Positions 15,112-23,774 of a DNA stretch of 24,000 nucleotides are shown piece by piece (the first letter of the stretch is position 1; each line of letters starts with the position of its first letter). The position numbers and the translations under genes were made by a program. The notes under the pieces are model-generated. The model made no database searches. It was given only the letters and a program-made list of their open reading frames with translations, and had not been told where the DNA came from. Location of the stretch: positions 10,617 through 34,616 of the forward strand of contig JACPFT010000018.1 of assembly GCA_016182845.1 (NCBI GenBank). The letters run 5' to 3'. This stretch comes from Gammaproteobacteria bacterium (GTDB lineage Bacteria; Pseudomonadota; Gammaproteobacteria; Enterobacterales; Permianibacteraceae).

Positions 15112-18100
15112 CTAGGGTTTGGCCATTTTCCCCGGGCGGTCCTGCCATTCCAGCCAAGTCGCTTGCGGCTTCTTGTGCAGGGCAAAGATCGCGCCCTCGG
15201 CGGCCTCCGGACTGGCCTTTTGCTCGGCCTCGGGATTGGCGAAGGCGATACCGCCGGCCACTAGGGCTTCCAGGGATTCGCTGCGCAGTTGCACGCCGCT
15301 GAACAGGCCGGCGCTGACCTCGAGGCCGCTGGCCTGCCAGAAGCGGCTGCTCTGACGCACGAGGGCCGCGTGTTTGGCGGGCAGATGCACATAGACGCGC
15401 ACGAGAACGCCGCCCTCGGCCAGTTCCGTGCCGATGATCTCGCCGACTTTCAGCTGGCGGTAGAGCAGGGGATCGCCGACCTTGAGGGAGCCCAGGCCCG
15501 GGGTTTCCAGCACCAGGTTGCGCCCCTCCGGTCGGCTGTGCACAACCGGTTCCTCGTCGGCGACGGTAAAGCTGTAACGCTCGGCGCCGATCCCGGCGCG
15601 CAGGGCGAGATAGCTGCCGGAGACCAGGGTGTCCAGGTGTTCGGTGCGGGCCAGCCCCAGGCTGGGCTTGACCCGCCAGATCTGGCTACCGTCGCGCAGC
15701 AGCGGCCTTGCGGTGGGTTTGACCAGGGCCTCGGCCAGCACCGCGCCGGACTTCTCCTCCAGTCCGATGCGGGCCAGCTCGCCGATGTCCACGCCCTGGT
15801 AGCGCAGGGGCGTGCCCACGGCGAGGCCCTCGGCGCTGGTCAGGCGCAGCTTGACCGGGAAACCGGCCAGCTCGGCCTGGGCGTGGTCGGCATAGAGCTT
15901 GTAGCGCTCGCCGTTCCTGGCCTTGGGGCCCGGCTTTCCGGCCTCGAAACCGTCGAAGGCCACGCCGCCGGCGATGATGGCGGCCAGGGATTCGGTACGG
16001 ATCTTGAGGCCGGACACGCCGCCGCGCACGTCGACGCCGCCGGCGCTCCAGAAGCGGGTATGAGCGTTCACTGCGCCGGCATGGGCCGGCTGGATATGGA
16101 TATGGGCCTGCACGGTCTTGCCGTCGGCGGCCAGGCGCACGTCCTGGATGCTGCCCACGGTCAGCTTCTTGTGCAGCACCGGCGCGCCCACGGTCAGTGA
16201 GCCGGCATCCGGGGCTTCGAGCAGCAGATGCAGGCCCGGCTCGCTCTGGGGCAGGGGCGGCGGGCCGTTGTGCGCCAGGAATTCCGTGGCGGGCTTGCCC
16301 GCTCCCGGCTGGACGGCGATATAGCTGCCGCTGAACAGGGCGTCCAGGCCGCTGACCCGGCTGGCGTTGATCTCCGGACGCACCAGCCAGAACTGGCAAG
16401 CCGTGGTCAGCATATGCTCGGCGCCGGGATTGATTCCCACATAGGCTTCGACGGTGCGGAAATCCTTGGAGACGTCCACGCGGTCCACCAGGCCGATGGG
16501 CAGGCCCCGGTAGATGACCTGGGTCTGGCCGGCCGTGAGTCCTTCGGCGGAGACGAAGCGCACTCGGATCTGCCGGCGGGCGCGGGCCGAGGCCTCGTCG
16601 CGGAACAGGCTGAAGCGGAAACCGTTGCCGACGGGCGGGGCCTTCCCGTCGACCTTGGGCGTGTCGAAGGCGATGCCGCCGGCCAAGAGGGTGGCCAGGG
16701 ACTCGGTACGCAGGCGCACGCCGGACAGGCCGGCGTTGAGGGTCACGCCGCTGACGTTCCAGAAGCGCGTGGACTCGTTCACCAGGTCCCGGTACTCGGG
16801 CTTGATCAGTAGGTGCACGTCCACCTTGTCGCGCTCGCGGTCCAGGGTGTAGCTGACCACCTCGCCCACCTGGACCTGGCGGTAGTAGATCGGCGACCCC
16901 TGGTTCAGGGAGCCGAGCTCCCTGCTGGTGAGCAGCAGGTGCAGGCCCGGTTCCCGGTAGTCGAGCGGCGAGGGGCCGTCGGCAGCGACGAACTCGCGCA
17001 CGCTCTGGCCGCTGTTGTCCGGGCTGAAGCTGATGTAGGTGCCGGTCAGGAGGGCGTCGAGGCCCGATACGCCGGCCACGGACAGCTGGGGCTTGACCAG
17101 CCAGAAGCGCGCGGCATCGGTCATGAAGGGCTCGGTGCGCGGGTCCATGCCCACCGTGGCCACCACCATGTCGGTGTTCTCGTCGTAATCCAGTTTCAAG
17201 ACCTTGCCGGCGGGCATGCCCTTGTAGATGACCTTGGTGCTGCCGGCGGTGAGGCTGGCGCCGCTGGCGAAGCGGATCCGGATGCGCAGCCCGGCCTCGG
17301 CGGCGTCGTAGTCGGGGTATAGGGTGTAGCGGTCGCCGTTGGTGCTGGGCGGCGCGCCCTCGTCGTTGGTGGACAGGGCGATGCCGCCGGACACGAGGCT
17401 GGCCAGGGACTCGGTCTCCACCGACAGGCCGGACAGGTTGGCGGAGACCTTGAGCCCGCTGGCGTTCCAGAAGCGCGAGGTCTTGCGCACGCGCTTGGCG
17501 TGTTCGGGCAGGATGTGCACGTCCATGCGTACGCCCCGGCCGTCCTCGCTCATGGCCGTGGACTGCACGGCGCCGATGGGGATCTGCCGATAGTAGATGG
17601 GCGTGCCCGGGGCGATGGAGCCCAGGCGCTCGGCCTGGAGCTGGATGTGCAGGCCCGGCGTGCTGGTGGGCAGGGGCGGCGCGGCTTTCAGGGCGGTGAA
17701 GCTCGTGCCCTCCGGTTTCTCGGCATCGCCCAGCTGGATGGCGATGTAGTTGCCGGAGAGCAGGGTGTTGAGGCCGGTCACGCCCGCCGCCGAGATCTGG
17801 GGCTGAACCAGCCAGAACTGGGAGTCTTCGGGAATGGCCTCCACCTGCTTCTCGAACTGCACCTCGGCCACGACCCCGGTCAGGTCCTCGAGCACGGTGA
17901 GCTGGCGCACGACGCCGAGCGGAATGCCCTTGTAGCGCACCTGGGTCTGGTTGACGGCGATGCCCTCGGCATTGTCGAAGCGCAGCTCGATGCGCGGCCC
18001 GGTGTTCAACAGGCTGCGCCAGACCAGCCAGAGGCCCACGGCCAGGGCCACCAGGGGCAGGACCCAGATGGGCGCGATGCGCGGGCGGTGGCGGACGCGG

Positions 18101-18135
18101 ACCGGCGGGATGGGCGGATCGATCGTTTCAGGCAT
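15112..18135 (-). CDS. Multi-MCE-domain lipid-transport protein (PqiB/LetB family), 8 MCE modules
   Basis: 1007 aa. N-terminal TM helix (IAPIWVLPLVALAVGLWLVW), then eight MCE-like modules in four alternating pairs. Odd modules end ...FWLV.P and even modules carry GSPIYYRQ..VG.V...RFWN.SG. The start overlaps the upstream pqiA-like gene by 8 nt. Confidence 0.9.
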   Translation of the reverse strand: MPETIDPPIPPVRVRHRPRIAPIWVLPLVALAVGLWLVWRSLLNTGPRIELRFDNAEGIAVNQTQVRYKGIPLGVVRQLTVLEDLTGVVAEVQFEKQVEAIPEDSQFWLVQPQISAAGVTGLNTLLSGNYIAIQLGDAEKPEGTSFTALKAAPPLPTSTPGLHIQLQAERLGSIAPGTPIYYRQIPIGAVQSTAMSEDGRGVRMDVHILPEHAKRVRKTSRFWNASGLKVSANLSGLSVETESLASLVSGGIALSTNDEGAPPSTNGDRYTLYPDYDAAEAGLRIRIRFASGASLTAGSTKVIYKGMPAGKVLKLDYDENTDMVVATVGMDPRTEPFMTDAARFWLVKPQLSVAGVSGLDALLTGTYISFSPDNSGQSVREFVAADGPSPLDYREPGLHLLLTSRELGSLNQGSPIYYRQVQVGEVVSYTLDRERDKVDVHLLIKPEYRDLVNESTRFWNVSGVTLNAGLSGVRLRTESLATLLAGGIAFDTPKVDGKAPPVGNGFRFSLFRDEASARARRQIRVRFVSAEGLTAGQTQVIYRGLPIGLVDRVDVSKDFRTVEAYVGINPGAEHMLTTACQFWLVRPEINASRVSGLDALFSGSYIAVQPGAGKPATEFLAHNGPPPLPQSEPGLHLLLEAPDAGSLTVGAPVLHKKLTVGSIQDVRLAADGKTVQAHIHIQPAHAGAVNAHTRFWSAGGVDVRGGVSGLKIRTESLAAIIAGGVAFDGFEAGKPGPKARNGERYKLYADHAQAELAGFPVKLRLTSAEGLAVGTPLRYQGVDIGELARIGLEEKSGAVLAEALVKPTARPLLRDGSQIWRVKPSLGLARTEHLDTLVSGSYLALRAGIGAERYSFTVADEEPVVHSRPEGRNLVLETPGLGSLKVGDPLLYRQLKVGEIIGTELAEGGVLVRVYVHLPAKHAALVRQSSRFWQASGLEVSAGLFSGVQLRSESLEALVAGGIAFANPEAEQKASPEAAEGAIFALHKKPQATWLEWQDRPGKMAKP

Positions 18136-18796
18136 GGGGAGGCTTCTCGTCGGAGTCGTTGTCGTCGCATGCTTCGTCAGCGGAATGGGCGTCCCAGATC
18201 AGGCGCGGATCGAAACTCTGGGCGGCGAACAGGGTGATGATCACGGTGGCCACGAAGGCCAGGGCGCCGAGGCCGGGCAGGACCAGGGCCACCTGGCCCA
18301 GGTGCACCAGGCCCACCAGCAGGGTGACCACGAAGATGTCCAGCATGGACCAGCGGCCGAGGAAGTCCACCAGGCGGAACAAGCGCGTGCGGTTCAGGGG
18401 GCAGAGTTCGGTTTGGTAATGCACGGAATAGAGTAGCAGGCAGAGGCCGAAGAGCTTGGCCAGCGGCACGACCACGCTGGCCACGAAGACGATGGTGGCG
18501 ATGCCCCATAGCCCCTGGCTCCATAGCTTGGCCACGCCGCCCACGATGGTGGAGGGCTCGCCGCGGCCGAACTGGAGGATGGTCATGATGGGGTAGAGAT
18601 TGGCCGGGATCAGGAACAAGAAACCCAGGACCACGTAGTACCCGGTTCGGCGCAGGCTATGGGGCTTGCGCAGGGCCAGCGCCGCGCCGCAGCGCCGGCA
18701 GGCGACGCGCCGGCCGGGCGGGCAGGGCGTCAGGGCATGGCAGGCCAGGCAGAGCCCCAGGCCCTCGGCGGCGGCGGTGCGCGGGCCGGCGCTCAT
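18128..18796 (-). CDS. PqiA/LetA-family integral membrane protein, single-repeat half-size (second half)
   Basis: 222 aa. Zinc-ribbon-like CLACH...CRRCG followed by multiple TM segments (YYVVLGFLFLIPANLYPIMT...). 4-nt overlap with the upstream gene. Confidence 0.85.
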   Translation of the reverse strand: MSAGPRTAAAEGLGLCLACHALTPCPPGRRVACRRCGAALALRKPHSLRRTGYYVVLGFLFLIPANLYPIMTILQFGRGEPSTIVGGVAKLWSQGLWGIATIVFVASVVVPLAKLFGLCLLLYSVHYQTELCPLNRTRLFRLVDFLGRWSMLDIFVVTLLVGLVHLGQVALVLPGLGALAFVATVIITLFAAQSFDPRLIWDAHSADEACDDNDSDEKPPHA

Positions 18797-19428
18797 GGCC
18801 TGGCCTCGCCGCCCAGGGCCTGCCAGAAATCGTGCTCGTCCACGGCCGATTCCAGGAGCAGGGTGCAGAGCATGAGGCCGATGAAGCAGTAAAGACCTAG
18901 GCCCACCACCAGCTCGGACATGTCAGCCAGCTTGATGATGGACACCAGGATGCCCAGCAGGAAGACCTCCAGCATGGACCATTCGCGGATGCGGTGATTG
19001 AGGCGCAGCAAGCTGGGCAGGATGCGCGGCCGATAGCGGCGCTTGAGACTCCAGGACACGCCGAACATCAGCCAGAGGTTGAGAAAAGGCGCGATCAGCG
19101 CCGAAACCGCCACTACCGAGGCCACTTCCGGAAAGCCGGCCTGGAACAGGGCGATGATGGCCTCCGTCAGCGAGGCGTCCTCGTGCACGCCCAGGAGGGT
19201 CATGGACAGCAAGGGCAGGCCCATGGCCGGGGCGAACAGGGCGAGGCCGGCGCTCGAGATCCAGAAAGCCCGGTTCAGGCTGTCGGCGCGGCCGCTGCGC
19301 ACCACCTCGCCGCAACGCGGGCAGCAGGCGTCCTGACCCCGGTTCAGGGGTTGGGCGGCGAGCAGCAGATCGCAGGCCGGGCAGGCGTGCAACTGATCGA
19401 GCGGGGGCGTGGCGGGAGATGCGTCCAT
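18793..19428 (-). CDS. PqiA/LetA-family integral membrane protein, single-repeat half-size (first half)
   Basis: 211 aa. CPACD...CPRCG zinc-ribbon-like motif, then TM segments. It is the first gene of the three-gene operon. Confidence 0.85.
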   Translation of the reverse strand: MDASPATPPLDQLHACPACDLLLAAQPLNRGQDACCPRCGEVVRSGRADSLNRAFWISSAGLALFAPAMGLPLLSMTLLGVHEDASLTEAIIALFQAGFPEVASVVAVSALIAPFLNLWLMFGVSWSLKRRYRPRILPSLLRLNHRIREWSMLEVFLLGILVSIIKLADMSELVVGLGLYCFIGLMLCTLLLESAVDEHDFWQALGGEARP

Positions 19429-19565
19429 GACGAATAGTGTATGAAGATGTCCTTATTTTATCGGCGGATACCTGAACCGTGGGGTTTTCCTGCATCGGGC
19501 AAACTATTTTCCAATTCTGGGCGGCATGGGGAGTTCAGCAATCACGAGCACAAGGAACGCCGTCC

Positions 19566-19740
19566 ATGCCTGTTTCCCGCGCCCTCCTCGTCTCGGCGCT
19601 GTGCCTCCTGAGCATGGCTACCGCGCAAGCGGAAGTCCGCTTGAGCCGCGAGGCCTTGCAACAGGATCTGGATGCCTTGCGCGCCGGCATCGCCAGCACC
19701 CACCCGGAGCCCGGCTATACCGTGGCGGCGGAGAGGGCCA
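19566..19740 (+). pseudogene. Possible 5' remnant of a secreted protein gene (signal peptide plus an S41-peptidase-like N-terminal stretch)
   Basis: MPVSRALLVSALCLLSMATAQA-EVRLSREALQQDLDALRAGIASTHPEPGY looks like a genuine secreted-protein N-terminus. The frame then degenerates into Arg/Cys/Trp-rich sequence and stops at 19895. The remnant interpretation is weak. Confidence 0.3.
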
Positions 19741-19884
19741 GGCGCTGCTGCCGCCGGAGCTGGTCCTGGACGACGAGCCGGCGGCGCCGGGCAAGGCGGT
19801 GGCGGAGCTGCTGCTCCATGCGCGCGGCTCGGGCCAGGGGGCACGCGCGCGCTAGCGGCGCTTTGTGTTGGCCGCGCGCGGGGG

Positions 19885-21396
19885 ATGCTTGCTAGACTAG
19901 CGGCTTTTCCGCCAGTCCTATCTGCCGTGGCCGACACCGATTCCGACAAGCTCCAGACTTTCGCTCCCGATTCCGCGCACTACTGGCCGACCCGCTTGGG
20001 CTTAGGCCTGTTGCGCCTGACGGCGCGCCTGCCCTATCGCTGGCAGTACGGCCTGGGCGTGGCCTTGGGCGAGCTGATGTTTCGCTGCGCCCGGGGCCGG
20101 CGCGCCATCGCCGACACCAATCTGCGGATGTGCTTTCCCGAGCTCTCGGCGGGTCAGCGGCGCGAGCTGTTGCGCGAGAACATGCATGCCACGGGCATCG
20201 GCCTCGTGGAGGTGGGCACCAGTTGGTGGACGCCGGATGCGCGCCTGCGGCCGATCACGGAGATTCGTGGCCGGGAGCATCTGGACGCGGCCCTGGCGGG
20301 GGGCAAGGGCGCCATCCTGCTGTCCTATCATTTCACCAGCCTGGAGCTTTGCGGCCATCTGCTGGCGCGGGCCGTGGATCTGGTCGCCATGTACCGGCCT
20401 CACCCCAATCCGGTCTTCGACGCCCAGATGCTGGCCGGGCGCGAGCGCAGCGCCAAGCGCGCCATCCCCCGCGACGACGTGCGTGGGGCGGTCAAGGCCC
20501 TGAAGGGCAATCTGCCGCTCTGGTACGCCGCCGACCAGGACTACGGCCGCAAGCATTCCATCTTCGTGCCCTTCTTCGGCATCCCCGCCGCCACCATCAC
20601 CGCCACCAGCCGCTTCGCCCGGCTGTCGGGCGCGCCGGTCGTGCCCTTCACCCACCGCCGCCTGTCCGGCGGGCGCGGCTTCGTGCTGGAGCTGCATGCC
20701 CCGCTCACCGGCATGGGCCGGGGCGACGATGTGGCCGATGCGCGCGCCGTCAATGCCGTGCTGGAAGACTGGCTGCGCCGCTACCCGGCCGACTACCTGT
20801 GGCTGCACCGCCGTTTCAAGACCCGGCCCGAGGGCGAGGCGGGGGTCTATGGCGAGGATCGAAAGCATCGCGACCGCCTGTCCGCCAAGCGCCTGGACAA
20901 GTGGCTGGCCGGCGCCGAGCGCCTGCTGGCCCGGGAAGACTTCCAGTTGTACCGCCAGGCCGACGGTGGCTGGCTGGCCTTGCATCCGCGCCCCAGGGGC
21001 TGGCGCGCGCTCTTCGCCCGGCCGGCCGCCGCCCATGAGCGTGCCCAGGCGCGGCTCGAGGCCCTGGGGCTGCCGGTCCTCCCGGCCGATGATTTCCGCT
21101 TCTGCCCCAGCCGGAACTGCGATGTGCGCCTGCTGCCCGCCGAGGCCGGCGCCGCGCCCCTCCAGGGTGTGGCGGAGTCGCCGGAGGCTCTGCGAAGGCT
21201 GGACGAGTTCCTGCACTTGCTGGACCGCTCCGGGGTGTTCCTGCCGCCCGAGGCTTGGCTGCTCGACGGGATGGGGGCCTACCGCATCGCCCATCCGGCG
21301 GCCTGCCGGTTCGAGCAGACGGGGGTGTTGGCACGGCTGCTGGCGGCCCTGCCGGATGCGCTGCGCCTGGCCCTGAACGCCCGGGTGTCGCCATGA
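19885..21396 (+). CDS. lpxL: Lipid A biosynthesis lauroyl/myristoyl acyltransferase (LpxL/LpxM family) fused to an unassigned C-terminal domain of about 190 aa
   Basis: Residues FAPDSAHYWPTRLG...NLRMCFPELS...ILLSYHFTSLEL...MYRP..NP.FD...R......IPRDD.....KALKGN..LWYAADQDYG....FVPFFG..AAT.T...R.A.LSGAPVVPF...R...G.G...........YLWLHRRFKTRPEG are colinear with E. coli LpxL, which ends right after RFKTRPEG. Here the frame continues with high GC3 for about 190 more codons. The start is uncertain: ATG 19885, GTG 19927 or further upstream. Confidence 0.8.
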   Translation: MLARLAAFPPVLSAVADTDSDKLQTFAPDSAHYWPTRLGLGLLRLTARLPYRWQYGLGVALGELMFRCARGRRAIADTNLRMCFPELSAGQRRELLRENMHATGIGLVEVGTSWWTPDARLRPITEIRGREHLDAALAGGKGAILLSYHFTSLELCGHLLARAVDLVAMYRPHPNPVFDAQMLAGRERSAKRAIPRDDVRGAVKALKGNLPLWYAADQDYGRKHSIFVPFFGIPAATITATSRFARLSGAPVVPFTHRRLSGGRGFVLELHAPLTGMGRGDDVADARAVNAVLEDWLRRYPADYLWLHRRFKTRPEGEAGVYGEDRKHRDRLSAKRLDKWLAGAERLLAREDFQLYRQADGGWLALHPRPRGWRALFARPAAAHERAQARLEALGLPVLPADDFRFCPSRNCDVRLLPAEAGAAPLQGVAESPEALRRLDEFLHLLDRSGVFLPPEAWLLDGMGAYRIAHPAACRFEQTGVLARLLAALPDALRLALNARVSP

Positions 21397-22841
21397 GCCG
21401 GCTGCCTGCCTGGTGCACGCCGGGCCTGGCGGCCGTACTGGCCAGCGCGCTGCTCTCGGCCCTGGCCTGGCTTCTAGCCGGCGCGCCCAACGACGATGGC
21501 ATCCTTTACCTGTTGACCGCCCGGGAGTTCCCGCTCGGCGGCTGGCACGCGGCCTTCGAGGCCTATGGCTGGCCGTTCTATTCCGTGTTGCTGGCGGGCC
21601 TGAGCGGCCTGGGTCTGCCCCTGGAAACCGCGGGACAGCTGCTCAATCTGGGCAGCTTCGCCCTTCTGGCCTGGGCCTTTGTCGGCGTGGTGCGCGAGCT
21701 CTATCCCGAGCGACCGGCTTGGGCCTGGCTGGCCGTGCCCGTGGTGATCTTGCTGCCCGAACTCAATGCCCAGCGGGCCGATTTGATCCGCGACAATGCT
21801 TATCTGGCCTTCTGGTTGCTGTCCCTGTGGGCCTTGCTGCGCCTGGCCCGGCAACCCGGCCCGGGCCGCTTCGCCGCCTGGCTAGCTTGCCTGGCCCTGG
21901 CCCAGGCCTTCCGCCTGGAGGCGGTGGCCTTCGTGCTCTGCGGCGCCCTGGCCCTGGCGGCCCAGCCCCGGACCCGCCGCCTGGGCTTGGCCCTCGGCGT
22001 GGTTCTGCTCGTGATCCTGCCGCTCTTGGCCTGGATTCTGCCCCGCTTCATGCCGGCCAGCCGCCTGGCGGATTTCGGCCTGTGGTGGCAGGAGCTGCGC
22101 CACCAGGCCCCGGCCCAGTTCCTGGCCGCCAGCGAGCGCCTGGGGGCGGCGGTGCTGAATCAATATTCCCAGGGCTTCGAGCGGGAGGCCTATCTGGCCG
22201 TGCTGTTGACGGTCCTGGCGGGCAAGCTGCTCAAGATCTGGACACCGGTGCACGCGCTCTGCCTCTGGCTGGGGCGCCGGGGCCTGGCCTGGGCGTCGCT
22301 GCCGGCCGCCTGGCGCGGCTATGCCCTCGCGGCCCTGCTCCTGCCCCTGATTTTCGTGTTGTTCCGGCAGTTCCTGACGGCGCGCTTCCTCATGCCCCTG
22401 GTCCTCTGCCTGCTGCTGCTGGCGCCGCCGGTCCTGGCCGAGCTGGCGCGGCGGCTGGCGACCCGGCCGAGGCTGCTGTGCGTCCTGGCCCTGGGCCTGG
22501 GCCTGCTGTTCCTGGGCGGCAGCCTGCGCCAGCTGCGCGACGACGATCGGGCCCTGGTCGAGGCGGGGCGCTGGCTAGCGGCCCAGCCGGGCGACCTGTG
22601 GACCAATCACTCGGCGCTTAGCTATTACGCCGGGCGCAACACGGCGCAGCAGCATGTGCATGGCGCCTGGCGGGCCTGGCGCGAGCAAATGCCCGCCAAC
22701 ACGCGGCCGGGCTGGCGGGCCCTGGCCCTGAGCGGCAAGGAGCGCCGCGAGGCCGACGCCTGGCTGGCTCGCCTGGGCGGACGGGAAGTGCGCCGCTTCG
22801 AGGACGGCAAATACCTGGTCATCGTGACCCAGCGGGAATGA
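21393..22841 (+). CDS. GT-C fold membrane glycosyltransferase (family 39 / ArnT-PMT_2-like)
   Basis: 482 aa. About 11-12 hydrophobic segments. Acidic first-loop motif APNDDGILY. C-terminal soluble domain. The ATG overlaps the lpxL-like stop (ATGA at 21393-21396). Confidence 0.7.
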   Translation: MSRLPAWCTPGLAAVLASALLSALAWLLAGAPNDDGILYLLTAREFPLGGWHAAFEAYGWPFYSVLLAGLSGLGLPLETAGQLLNLGSFALLAWAFVGVVRELYPERPAWAWLAVPVVILLPELNAQRADLIRDNAYLAFWLLSLWALLRLARQPGPGRFAAWLACLALAQAFRLEAVAFVLCGALALAAQPRTRRLGLALGVVLLVILPLLAWILPRFMPASRLADFGLWWQELRHQAPAQFLAASERLGAAVLNQYSQGFEREAYLAVLLTVLAGKLLKIWTPVHALCLWLGRRGLAWASLPAAWRGYALAALLLPLIFVLFRQFLTARFLMPLVLCLLLLAPPVLAELARRLATRPRLLCVLALGLGLLFLGGSLRQLRDDDRALVEAGRWLAAQPGDLWTNHSALSYYAGRNTAQQHVHGAWRAWREQMPANTRPGWRALALSGKERREADAWLARLGGREVRRFEDGKYLVIVTQRE

Positions 22842-23746
22842 ACATGCCTTTTTTCTCCATCATCATCCCGGCCTATAACGCCGGCCGGTTCATCGACCGG
22901 GCCCTGGGGTCTTTGGCGGCGCAGGCATGCCAGGACTTCGAGACCATCGTGGTGGACGACGGTTCCGCCGACGACACTCTGATGCGTGTTCGAGGCTGGC
23001 AGGAGCGCCTGCCGGCGCTCAAGATCCTGTCCCAGGCCAACGCCGGGCCCGGCGCGGCGCGCAACGCGGGGCTGTCCAGGGCGACGGGCCGCTTCGTGCT
23101 GTTCCTGGATGCGGATGACGAGCTCCTGCCTGAGGGCTTGAGCGCCCTGCGCGCCGTGTGCGAGGCCAGTCCGGAAGCCCAGCTGGTCTATGCCAGCTAT
23201 GTCACCTGCAAGCCCGAGGGCAAGGAGAAGCTCCGCCTGGCCAGCGCGCCGCCGGCGGGCAGGGTCGCGCGCTTCGGCGCCTATCTGCGCCGACAGCTGA
23301 CCGGGGTCGGCAACAAGCACACGATCCTGCGGCGCGATGCGCTCGGCGGACTGCGCTTTCCCGAGGGTATACGCAACAACGAGGACCTGGTGTTCTACGC
23401 CCACGCCCTGGCGCGGATGGAGGCCCAGGTCTGCCCCAAAGCCGTGGCGCGCGTGCACCATCGGCCCGACAGCCTGCGCCATGACCTGCAATCGGCCATG
23501 GACGGGCTGGCGAAGGTCAGCGACCTGCTCTTCGACGCTAGCTGTCTGAGTCCCGAGTTCCTGAGTTTTCGGCGAGAGTTCGAGAGCGGGCGCCTCATGG
23601 CGCTGGGTGCGAGGCTGGCCAGCGGCGGGCTGCATCGGCAGGCGAGCGGCTGCTATCGGCGGGCCTTCCGGTTGTGGCCCGGCCTGTGGTGCCAGGGGAA
23701 GGCGCTGCGCCGCCTGTTGCGCAGCCTGGGACGGGGCGACCGCTAG
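22838..23746 (+). CDS. Family 2 glycosyltransferase
   Basis: FSIIIPAYNAGRFIDRALGSLAAQACQDFETIVVDDGSADDT...FLDADDEL is the classic GT2 (GT-A, DxD) N-terminus. The start ATG overlaps the preceding stop (ATGA at 22838-22841). Confidence 0.85.
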   Translation: MNMPFFSIIIPAYNAGRFIDRALGSLAAQACQDFETIVVDDGSADDTLMRVRGWQERLPALKILSQANAGPGAARNAGLSRATGRFVLFLDADDELLPEGLSALRAVCEASPEAQLVYASYVTCKPEGKEKLRLASAPPAGRVARFGAYLRRQLTGVGNKHTILRRDALGGLRFPEGIRNNEDLVFYAHALARMEAQVCPKAVARVHHRPDSLRHDLQSAMDGLAKVSDLLFDASCLSPEFLSFRREFESGRLMALGARLASGGLHRQASGCYRRAFRLWPGLWCQGKALRRLLRSLGRGDR

Positions 23747-23766
23747 GCCGCCGTATCACGGCGGCC
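23746..23766. terminator. Hairpin between convergent genes
   Basis: ggccgccg-tatca-cggcggcc (8-bp GC stem). No U-tract. Confidence 0.4.
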
Positions 23767-23774
23767 GCTGCCCT

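Noticed and set aside
19672-23635. Alternative-frame and antisense ORFs across the lpxL / GT-C / GT2 operon: 20002-21294 -, 20130-21038 +, 20696-21376 +, 20816-21502 -, 21413-22621 +, 22625-23635 -. Also the N-terminal 71 codons of ORF 19672
   Set aside because: Their composition is Arg/Pro/Gly/Ala-dominated. The chosen frames carry LpxL, GT-C and GT2 signatures and ATGA coupling. The segment of the lpxL ORF at 19672-19884 shows no LpxL homology.
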